Assembly (NCBI GenBank): GCA_028803175.1
Contig: JARBCG010000042.1
Coordinates: 1 to 35,043 of the forward strand
Length of the DNA stretch: 35,043 nucleotides
Reading direction: 5' to 3'
From: Wolbachia sp.
GTDB lineage: Bacteria; Pseudomonadota; Alphaproteobacteria; Rickettsiales; Anaplasmataceae
Shown: positions 27,882-35,043 of the stretch, one piece after another
How the letters are laid out: each line of letters opens with the position of its first letter
Numbering within the stretch: position 1 is the stretch's first letter
The notes under the pieces: model-generated
The model's database searches: none
Told to the model about the DNA's origin: nothing
The model's input: the letters and a program-made list of their open reading frames with translations, nothing else
Made by a program: the position numbers and the translations under genes

Positions 27882-27988
27882 TATCTTTTTCTTGTTATTT
27901 AATCTTCCTTCTTCATCTAGTAAGTTGTTTCCAGCTTAATCTTTTATCCGTTATATTTATTTCCTGGCACAACAACTTAAGTGCCAAG

Positions 27989-28017
27989 TTCCAGCATCAA
28001 AGCGCTAAAGTGACACC
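27989..28017 (-). repeat. Degenerate intergenic WPE-like arm downstream of tRNA-Asp
   Basis: TTCCAGCATCAAAGCGCTAAAGTGACACC aligns with the ftsQ arm TTCCAGCGTCATGCGCTGAAATGACAC. Confidence 0.65.
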
Positions 28018-28075
28018 AATGGTTGACACCTTATGTTCGCGTTCAATTTAATGTTTGTAAAGCTGTACAGTAACG

Positions 28076-28149
28076 CGGGAGTGATGAGATTTGAACTCAC
28101 GACCTCATGCGTGACAGGCATGCGCTCTAACCAGCTGAGCTACACCCCC
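28076..28149 (-). tRNA. tRNA-Asp(GTC), CCA not encoded
   Basis: GGGGGTGTAGCTCAGCTGGTTAGAGCGCATGCCT-GTC-ACGCATGAGGTCGTGAGTTCAAATCTCATCACTCCCG folds as a cloverleaf. Confidence 0.97.
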
Positions 28150-28162
28150 CACATTTATTTTA

Positions 28163-28191
28163 AAGTTAATAAACATACCACTGTTTGTCAA
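28163..28191 (-). promoter_or_regulatory. Putative sigma70 promoter of tRNA-Asp
   Basis: TTGACA-17 nt-TAACTT on the minus strand just upstream of the tRNA. Confidence 0.55.
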
Positions 28192-28201
28192 CATTTTTTG
28201 T

Positions 28202-28230
28202 TTGCACTACGCTATCTTTTCCATTACCAT
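28202..28230 (+). promoter_or_regulatory. Putative sigma70 promoter of the rpsB operon
   Basis: TTGCAC-17 nt-TACCAT. Confidence 0.45.
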
Positions 28231-28242
28231 GTAGATGATTCA

Positions 28243-28302
28243 ATTTCACACATGGCTTACACAAGTAGTCCCATTAGGGTTGTGCCATGGAGGGTAAACT
28301 AT
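28243..28302 (+). ncRNA. rpsB 5' leader (t44-like S2 autoregulatory element)
   Basis: CACAC..., CATGGC/GCCATG stem, then TGGAGG..TAAAC, upstream of the rpsB RBS. Confidence 0.5.
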
Positions 28303-28316
28303 TTGGAGGAGTAAGT

Positions 28317-29159
28317 ATGGTAAATTTGCCTGAAGTCACTGTACGTGAACTAGCTGGTGCTGGTGTACATTTTGGCCACAAGACTAGTCGCTGGAATGCA
28401 AAAATGGCTCCGTATATATATGGAGTACATCAAGAGAATCATATACATATAATTGATTTACGAACAACTTTGCCATTGTTAAAAGCTGCTATGAATGCTT
28501 TGTATGATGTTGCATCTCAAGGTGGTCGTATCTTATTTGTTGGTACAAAATTTCAAGCTTTAGATATAATTGCAGGTGAAGCAATTCGCTGTGGTCAGTA
28601 TTATGTAAATCACCGTTGGCTTGGCGGTATGCTTACTAATTGGGGTACTGTTTCTTCTTCCATAAAAACTTTAACACAATACGAAAAAATATTGAGTGAT
28701 GAGGACAGCGCTTTAACAAAGAAAGAGTTAGGAAATATTGATAAGAAGAAGCAAAAGCTTGATAAAACATTAGGAGGCATTAGAGAAATGGGGGCAATTC
28801 CAGATATCGTATTCATTATTGATACTAATAAAGAACATATTGCGGTTAAGGAAGCTAAAAAACTAGGTATTCCCATTGTTGCAATAGTTGATACTAATTC
28901 TAACCCAGATGGTATTACTTATCCTGTACCAGGAAATGATGACTCAAGAAAATCAATAGAGCTTTATTGTAAGTTAGCTGCTGATTCTATATTAGCTGGA
29001 ATAGAGTCTGATTTAGCAAAGTCTGGGGTTAAGATTGATGATATCAAGGGTAGTGAATTTATTAAAGATAAATCAGAAAAAGATGATGGTATTGTACAAA
29101 CTAAAAAAAGGCGTAGTAAAATTTATAAGGAAAGCGATGATGGAGGTGATAACGAATGA
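28317..29159 (+). CDS. rpsB: 30S ribosomal protein S2 (likely ATG 28317 after GGAGGA)
   Basis: [35 protein letters not shown]. Confidence 0.98.
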   Translation: MVNLPEVTVRELAGAGVHFGHKTSRWNAKMAPYIYGVHQENHIHIIDLRTTLPLLKAAMNALYDVASQGGRILFVGTKFQALDIIAGEAIRCGQYYVNHRWLGGMLTNWGTVSSSIKTLTQYEKILSDEDSALTKKELGNIDKKKQKLDKTLGGIREMGAIPDIVFIIDTNKEHIAVKEAKKLGIPIVAIVDTNSNPDGITYPVPGNDDSRKSIELYCKLAADSILAGIESDLAKSGVKIDDIKGSEFIKDKSEKDDGIVQTKKRRSKIYKESDDGGDNE

Positions 29160-30019
29160 AAATAAGCGCAGATAATATAAGGGAGTTACGTGATAGAACA
29201 GGGCTTGGTTTAGGTGATTGCAAAAAAGCGCTAGAGGAGTGTGGTGGTGATATTGATAAGGCAGTTGATAAATTACGTGTTGTAGGGCTTGCTAAAGCTG
29301 GTAAAAAGTCTGATAGAGTGGCTTCAGATGGGTTAATTGCTATGCATTTGACTGAAAATAGTGGTGTATTAGTTGAAATCAACTGTGAAACTGATTTTGT
29401 TACCCGAAATGAAAAGTTTGTAGAGTTAGTTTCAAATTTAGCCTTACTTGCTTGTAGGGAACGTTGTACAAGTGTAGGTAACCTAAAAAGTGTTAAATAT
29501 GAAGGTATTGGTACGGTACGAGAGGCAATAATGAACTGTAGTTCAGTGCTTGGTGAGAGGTTAGAGTTAGGCAAGATTTGTTATTTGGAAGCTAAAAATG
29601 GAATTGTTGCAGGTTATGTACACGGTTCTACATCTAATTTAGGTAAAATAGGTGCTTTAGTTGCACTTGAGTCATCTGGTAATAAGGTAAAGTTACAAGA
29701 GATTGGAAAACAGATCGCAATGCACATAGTTGCTATGAAGCCTGAAGCTTTTTCTATAGGTGATTTGGATCAAGAGAAATTAAATAAAGAACGTTCTGTA
29801 ATTGAAGAACATATAAGTAGCTTAAATAAACCTGAAGAGGTAGCAAAAAAGATAGCAGATGGTCGTATGGCGAAATATTATGAAGAAGTTGTTTTATTAG
29901 AGCAAAAATTTATAAAAGATGATAAGATGAAAGTTTCTGATTTTATCAAGTCAAGTGAATCAAACTTAAGTTGTTCTATTGCTTTATCTAGCTATAAATT
30001 ACTTGTTTTAGGCAATTAA
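29156..30019 (+). CDS. tsf: Elongation factor Ts
   Basis: [31 protein letters not shown]. Confidence 0.98.
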   Translation: MKISADNIRELRDRTGLGLGDCKKALEECGGDIDKAVDKLRVVGLAKAGKKSDRVASDGLIAMHLTENSGVLVEINCETDFVTRNEKFVELVSNLALLACRERCTSVGNLKSVKYEGIGTVREAIMNCSSVLGERLELGKICYLEAKNGIVAGYVHGSTSNLGKIGALVALESSGNKVKLQEIGKQIAMHIVAMKPEAFSIGDLDQEKLNKERSVIEEHISSLNKPEEVAKKIADGRMAKYYEEVVLLEQKFIKDDKMKVSDFIKSSESNLSCSIALSSYKLLVLGN

Positions 30020-30026
30020 CCAAAAG

Positions 30027-30767
30027 ATGGTTACTCTGAAGGATGAAGAAAGCAAGGTAAAATACTCTAGGGTGTTGTTTAAAATTTCTGGTGAAGCTTT
30101 AATGGGTTCAAAGCAATTTGGTCACGATATGGAAGTGATAAATCAATTATCCAAAGAGATAGCTAAAGTTTGTAGGCTTGGGGTCCAAGTATGTATTGTT
30201 GTTGGTGGTGGTAACATTTTTCGTGGTGCATCTGCTTCTTCGAGTGGTTGTGAAAGAGCAGGTAGTGACTATATTGGAATGCTCGCAACTATAATTAATG
30301 CTTTAATTTTGCAGAATTTTTTAGAAAAAAACTCTATAACTTCCAGGGTATTATCTGCTATATATATGTCTACAATATGTGAGCCTTATATTAGGAGAAA
30401 GGCTATTCGTCATTTGGAAAAAGGTAGAGTGGTAATCTTTGCAGCAGGAATAGGTAGTCCATTTTTTACTACAGACACAGCTGCGGCTTTACGTGCTGTT
30501 GAAATGAATTGTGATGTTATTCTAAAAGGTACACAAGTGAGTGGTGTATACTCTGCTGACCCAAAAGAGGATAAAAATGCCACAATGTATGGTAAAATTT
30601 CTTATGCAGAGGTATTAATTCAAGATTTAAAAGTAATGGATGCATCAGCCATTTCACTTGCACGCGAAAGTTCGATTCCAATTATAGTTTTTTCTTTAAA
30701 AGAAGAAGAAATAGTTAATATTATCATGGGTGGGGGTACTTATACTATAGTTTCAGATTCTAAATAA
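30027..30767 (+). CDS. pyrH: UMP kinase
   Basis: [39 protein letters not shown]. Confidence 0.97.
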   Translation: MVTLKDEESKVKYSRVLFKISGEALMGSKQFGHDMEVINQLSKEIAKVCRLGVQVCIVVGGGNIFRGASASSSGCERAGSDYIGMLATIINALILQNFLEKNSITSRVLSAIYMSTICEPYIRRKAIRHLEKGRVVIFAAGIGSPFFTTDTAAALRAVEMNCDVILKGTQVSGVYSADPKEDKNATMYGKISYAEVLIQDLKVMDASAISLARESSIPIIVFSLKEEEIVNIIMGGGTYTIVSDSK

Positions 30768-30778
30768 ATGGGTAATTT

Positions 30779-31336
30779 ATGTTAAACGAAATAAAAACTA
30801 AAACGAAAGATAGGATGTTAAAGACTATTCAGTCTTTTCATGATGACATTAAGGGTGTACGTACTGGAAGAGCTAGCTCATCACTACTTGATGGTATAGT
30901 TGTAAATATTTATGGTGGGCATCAAAAATTAAATCAAGTTTCAGGTGTTTCAGTTACAGATAATAAAACTTTATTAATTAAAGTTTGGGATGTTGGTGTT
31001 ATAGGTGAAGTGAAAAATGCCATATTAAATGCTAATTTGAGCTTAAATCCTATTATTGAAGGTAGTACCATACGTATAACACTTCCGGACTTAACACAAG
31101 AAACTCGTAAAAAATTAGTGAAATTGTTACATCAATTTGCTGAAAATGCGCGAATTGCAATTAGAAATATACGCAGGGATATTGTAGAAGAAATAGAAAA
31201 AATGAAGGAAAATAAAGAAGTCTCAGAAGATGAGTTCCACAATATCAAAAAAGAAGTACAAAATGTTACTGATGATAATATCAAAAAGATTGATAGTGAA
31301 TTATCCATTAAAGAGAAGGATATGCTGCATCACTAA
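30779..31336 (+). CDS. frr: Ribosome recycling factor
   Basis: RTGRAS, LP.LTQETRK, ARIAIRNIRRD. Confidence 0.97.
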   Translation: MLNEIKTKTKDRMLKTIQSFHDDIKGVRTGRASSSLLDGIVVNIYGGHQKLNQVSGVSVTDNKTLLIKVWDVGVIGEVKNAILNANLSLNPIIEGSTIRITLPDLTQETRKKLVKLLHQFAENARIAIRNIRRDIVEEIEKMKENKEVSEDEFHNIKKEVQNVTDDNIKKIDSELSIKEKDMLHH

Positions 31337-32041
31337 ATGATAAATGAATTAAATTTTGAGTCTCTACCAAAACATTTAGCAATTATTATGGATGGAAATG
31401 GTAGATGGGCAGGTAATCAAGGAAAAACAAAAATTGATGGTTATACAAAGGGTAGTGAGGTTGCATATGATATTGCTAAGTATTGTACAACTCTTACCAT
31501 ACCTTACTTAACTTTATATGCACTTTCTACGGAGAATTGGCTAAGGCCTAAGGATGAAACTGATAGTCTCCTTGATTTATTTTATTCTGTTTTAATAAGT
31601 GAAGATAAGATCAATTTTATCTGCAATTGCAATATTAAATTAAATTTTATTGGTAATCTCAGTTTATTGCCTGAGAGAATATTAGAACAAATGAGCAGAG
31701 TTGAGGAATTTACATGTAATAACAATGGTTTATCACTTACTATAGCGGTAAGTTATGGAGCAAAACAAGAGATTGTGCAAGCTGTCAGTTCTATTGTAAA
31801 AAATAATATTAGTTGTGTATCAGAAGATGAATTTAAAAAGTTCCTATATACTAAAGATCTTCCAGAATTAGATCTATTAATTCGAACTGGTGGAGAAAAA
31901 AGATTAAGCAACTTTTTATTATGGCAAGCAGCTTATGCAGAATTGTATTTCTGTGATACTTTATGGCCTGATTTTTCTTGCAAGCATCTCAATAAAGCGT
32001 TAAAAGAGTATGCAAAAAGGGAAAGAAAATATGGTAGATAA
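31337..32041 (+). CDS. uppS: Undecaprenyl diphosphate synthase
   Basis: HLAIIMDGNGRWA, STENWLRP, LIRTGGEKRLSNFLLWQ, LWPDF. Confidence 0.97.
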   Translation: MINELNFESLPKHLAIIMDGNGRWAGNQGKTKIDGYTKGSEVAYDIAKYCTTLTIPYLTLYALSTENWLRPKDETDSLLDLFYSVLISEDKINFICNCNIKLNFIGNLSLLPERILEQMSRVEEFTCNNNGLSLTIAVSYGAKQEIVQAVSSIVKNNISCVSEDEFKKFLYTKDLPELDLLIRTGGEKRLSNFLLWQAAYAELYFCDTLWPDFSCKHLNKALKEYAKRERKYGR

Positions 32042-32657
32042 TAACTTTGCAGTCAGAATACTGTCTTCAATTGTAATACTACTCATATTTTCTTTTGCTA
32101 CATACTTTAGTGATTTATCATTCTACCTATTAATTTTTTCGATAGCGGTCTTGTCTTCCTTTGAGTGGTACAACTTAACACAAGGAAACAGAATTTTATA
32201 CATTTTTGCGTTATTATTGATCGCATTACCAAATGCTTCATTAATATATTTGTACAATCTTCCGCAGGGAAAACATGTATTAATATGGTTTATTTTAACT
32301 ATTTGGGGAATTGATATTGCTGCGTATCTATTTGGGAAAAATTTTGGTGGTCAAAAAATTTGTCCAGTGATTAGTCCTGGTAAAACTTGGTCTGGGCTCC
32401 TTGGTGCAGTCTTAGCTAGCGTAACACTCACAGTTTTTGGATCACTATTTTTTGGTCTATTTTCAATTCCTTACTCCCCTATCATTGGCTTAACACTTGC
32501 AATTGTAGCTCAGCTGGGAGATTTTACTGAATCACTTATAAAAAGAGCTCACGGTGTTAAAGATAGTTGCGGCATCATACCGGGTCACGGAGGAATTCTT
32601 GACCGCATGGATAGCTTTATTTTTACTGCTCCACTTGTTGCCATTTATATAAGTTAA
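32031..32657 (+). CDS. cdsA: Phosphatidate cytidylyltransferase (likely ATG 32031)
   Basis: Multiple TM helices; ISPGKTWSG; GD..ESLIKR..GVKDS...PGHGGILDRMDS. Confidence 0.96.
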   Translation: MVDNNFAVRILSSIVILLIFSFATYFSDLSFYLLIFSIAVLSSFEWYNLTQGNRILYIFALLLIALPNASLIYLYNLPQGKHVLIWFILTIWGIDIAAYLFGKNFGGQKICPVISPGKTWSGLLGAVLASVTLTVFGSLFFGLFSIPYSPIIGLTLAIVAQLGDFTESLIKRAHGVKDSCGIIPGHGGILDRMDSFIFTAPLVAIYIS

Positions 32658-32694
32658 AAGTTTTTTACCATAAATAAATTTTGGAAGAGATCCA

Positions 32695-32892
32695 TTATGT
32701 ATCCTCCTCAATTAGCTCTTCTTCGTTAACTAGCTCCACAGTGCAATCATGAACAAATGCCTTTTCGCAATAAGGACAAACTATTTCGCCTTCCTCTCCC
32801 ATGTCTAAATATATCATGGGATGACCAGAACCATCATCATTCTCATTACCATGACAACATACTTTCCTATTGTTAACTTTTACTTTTGACAC
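32695..32892 (-). CDS. zf-CHCC (NDUFS6-like) zinc-finger protein
   Basis: C.G......GHP.IYL.......CPYC. Confidence 0.88.
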   Translation of the reverse strand: MSKVKVNNRKVCCHGNENDDGSGHPMIYLDMGEEGEIVCPYCEKAFVHDCTVELVNEEELIEEDT

Positions 32893-32968
32893 GCTTCCCC
32901 TTATAATTTACAACATTTTATATATTCAATATACTCATTTAAGAATAAAAAACAATGAACACTGCAAT

Positions 32969-33469
32969 TCAATATTGTCTTTTATCCAGATTTCTCAGCT
33001 TGTCTTGAACGCCTTCTGGTACAAATTTACTAACATCTCCTCCCAACCTTGCTATTTCTTTTACAAAACTTGATGCGATAAACTGAGTGTCTTCAGAGGC
33101 AGGAAGAAATATAGTTTCAATTTCAGGAAGAAGCTTATAATTTACCCAGCTCATCTGAAACTCATAATCAAAATCTGATACAGCTCTAAGCCCACGAATA
33201 ATAACAGAAGCACTCTGTTCTTTTGCAAAGCTCACTAATAACCCGTCAAAAATTATGACATCTGCATTAGCTTTTAATTTATCAATTTCGTTTTTAACCA
33301 TTGCTGTACGTAATTTTGCGTCAAAAGCAGTATTCTTATTAATATTTTCTGCAACCCCGATTATTAATTTATCGACTAATTTACATGCTCTCTTTATTAT
33401 GTCAATGTGTCCAAGCGTTATAGGATCAAACGTACCAGGATAAATTCCTATTTTGTTATTACCACTCAT
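32969..33469 (-). CDS. coaD: Phosphopantetheine adenylyltransferase
   Basis: YPGTFDPITLGH, IRGLRAVSDFDYE, SSFVKEIA. Confidence 0.98.
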   Translation of the reverse strand: MSGNNKIGIYPGTFDPITLGHIDIIKRACKLVDKLIIGVAENINKNTAFDAKLRTAMVKNEIDKLKANADVIIFDGLLVSFAKEQSASVIIRGLRAVSDFDYEFQMSWVNYKLLPEIETIFLPASEDTQFIASSFVKEIARLGGDVSKFVPEGVQDKLRNLDKRQY

Positions 33470-33550
33470 CCTTTATTTTTATATAAATTACTTTAAAAAC
33501 TTTTGATAGACATAATAACATTTTTTCTCTAAAAATGAAAGTATGCAAAT

Positions 33551-33623
33551 GGCCTGGTAGCTCAGTTGGTAGAGCAAAGGACTGAAAATCCTTGTGTCGC
33601 TGGTTCGATTCCTGCTCAGGCCA
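33551..33623 (+). tRNA. tRNA-Phe(GAA), full CCA not encoded
   Basis: GGCCTGGTAGCTCAGTTGGTAGAGCAAAGGACT-GAA-AATCCTTGTGTCGCTGGTTCGATTCCTGCTCAGGCCA. Confidence 0.96.
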
Positions 33624-33714
33624 CCTCCATGTATAACATTGTTACTATTTTTTTTGTTGAGAAGTACATTAATTTACATTGTAGTATTAATATATTAACT
33701 ATTGAATCAAGGTC

Positions 33715-34707
33715 ATGGTACATAGATATTGTAATAAAATATTAAATATCCTATTAATTACAGTTTTGTTATTCAGTAATAATCTTACTCATGCGTGCAC
33801 TAATGAAGTTTTACATGCAATAAATAACGACATAGTTGTTGGTTTGCTGAAAACAGAGGAAGAAACATACCCATATGAGCTTGGATTATCTCAAAATTTC
33901 TATGAGATGTTTAACAATTTTAGAGTTAAAACTGTATTAATTGACTATAATAAAATAATTAACCTTAAGGAAATTAGAGAAGAGTCACTTAATTTTGCAA
34001 AACAGGATGAAATACTTGCAAGAAAGCTAACATTGGATCAAATAAAAATTGAAGTTGAAAAGTTTATTAAAGAACAAAATATAAATAGAATATTTATCCC
34101 GGGAAATTACTATAATTTACACTCAGAACCCTTTCCACCTAATCCTTGTAGCCAGCTTGTTACTGAAGCAATTGTAAAAATAGTAGATGACAACCATTCT
34201 ATTCACTTGCTTGGCATATGTGGTGGTTTGCAAGGCATTATGAACGCAAAAGGAGTTGAAGTAGTGCGTGTGGCAAATCTTGTGAATGATGAAAAGAAAC
34301 AAAAATCTCACCTAAAAGCGGCACCGAACCCGCAGATGGGTGTGCCTCTTCAGCAGGTAAAAATCGTTCCAAATAGTCGTTTGGCAGAAATAGTATCCAA
34401 ATTTTTAACACCTGATGAAAATGGCTGGTTTTCAACATGTTTTCCTGATGCTCACTCAAGAGCAGTAAATAATACTCCGGAAAATAGAAAAAAATTAGAG
34501 CTGCTTGGATATAGAATTGTTGGATTCTCTACTGATGGAATAATAGAAGCGATTGAAGATAAACATGGTAACATTTACTTTCAGAGTCACCCAGAGGCTC
34601 TCGTTGTAAAATCAGATAAAAACTTTTACATATCTGAACAAAAGGAACGAAAAGCTTCAACATTAGCTGCTATAGCAATTATAAATGATTTTCTTTATCG
34701 TGCTTAA
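33715..34707 (+). CDS. Class I glutamine amidotransferase-like / peptidase C26 (gamma-glutamyl hydrolase family) protein with N-terminal signal
   Basis: FIPG, nucleophile elbow LGICGGLQ, DGIIEAIE, FQSHPE; hydrophobic N-terminus. Confidence 0.82.
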   Translation: MVHRYCNKILNILLITVLLFSNNLTHACTNEVLHAINNDIVVGLLKTEEETYPYELGLSQNFYEMFNNFRVKTVLIDYNKIINLKEIREESLNFAKQDEILARKLTLDQIKIEVEKFIKEQNINRIFIPGNYYNLHSEPFPPNPCSQLVTEAIVKIVDDNHSIHLLGICGGLQGIMNAKGVEVVRVANLVNDEKKQKSHLKAAPNPQMGVPLQQVKIVPNSRLAEIVSKFLTPDENGWFSTCFPDAHSRAVNNTPENRKKLELLGYRIVGFSTDGIIEAIEDKHGNIYFQSHPEALVVKSDKNFYISEQKERKASTLAAIAIINDFLYRA

Positions 34708-34804
34708 TATGTCGTTCAAAGACGTAAGATTTCCTAATTTAGGCGGATTATATATCTATAACTATTAGTATTTGAGTCGTATGAGTACAGCAAACCTAAA
34801 ATTA

Positions 34805-35043
34805 GTCAAATGCAACCAGCTAAAGCTGGTGGTTAAAAAAAACGCATGTAAAGCAGATTATGAGTTTAAAAACTAGATGTTAAAATCATTAGAATAATTA
34901 TGAGTACTTCCTTGTTAATCGATATACTTATGTAAATCTGTAGAATTCACATTGCCAACTGTAACAGCAAAGTATCCTCTTGCCAAATGTGCTGCCTCAA
35001 ATATCTTTTCCTTAAGTGTTCAAATTCCTGGAATAACTTGTGA
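34805..35043 (-). mobile_element. tnpA: Second IS200-type copy (3' part of tnpA and right end; runs off the window), degraded
   Basis: Reverse complement matches ~2320-2508; frameshift near the W.RGYF motif; YIEEQ reads YID*Q; hairpin ACCAGC-TAAA-GCTGGT. Confidence 0.92.

Noticed and set aside
28033-28314. 93-aa ORF and the N-terminal extension of rpsB from 28287
   Set aside because: The ORF overlaps tRNA-Asp and the divergent promoters; rpsB has a better RBS before ATG 28317.
3415-34459. Numerous 60-160 aa ORFs antisense or out of frame within housekeeping genes (e.g. 3415-3630, 7657-7962, 10911-11270, 19158-19604, 29101-29574, 34238-34459)
   Set aside because: Shadow frames of well-supported genes, with no recognisable motifs.

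Overview
AT-rich window from a Wolbachia-type (Anaplasmataceae) chromosome; the taxon is inferred from protein similarity, gene order and Wolbachia palindromic elements. Most of it is housekeeping: proS-acpS, pyrC, pdxH, pyrD, putA, acnA, secB, Tim44-like, dnaQ, SCO, murD, COQ9-like, ccmF, rlmE, tolC, rplM-rpsI, HU, pdxJ, ftsQ, ddl, tRNA-Asp, rpsB-tsf-pyrH-frr-uppS-cdsA, coaD, tRNA-Phe and a peptidase C26-like gene. Several features are missing from the ORF track. (1) TGTCA-tagged palindromic elements (WPE-like) are inserted in frame in murD, ftsQ and twice in ccmF, with an RPE1-like remnant in acnA. (2) There are pseudogenes of popZ (DUF2497), an intradiol dioxygenase (pcaH-like), an ankyrin protein and a hypothetical protein. 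(3) There is an IS256 5' remnant and two dead IS200-type copies whose right-end hairpin resembles the WPE hairpin. (4) Repeated apparent G:C->T:A changes hit conserved codons, most densely in ddl. I found no CRISPR array, prophage or intact mobile element, and no novel multi-gene system I can support. The best leads are the palindrome/HUH-transposase link, loss of popZ and the mutational signature. Comparisons to family consensus are from memory, not from searches.
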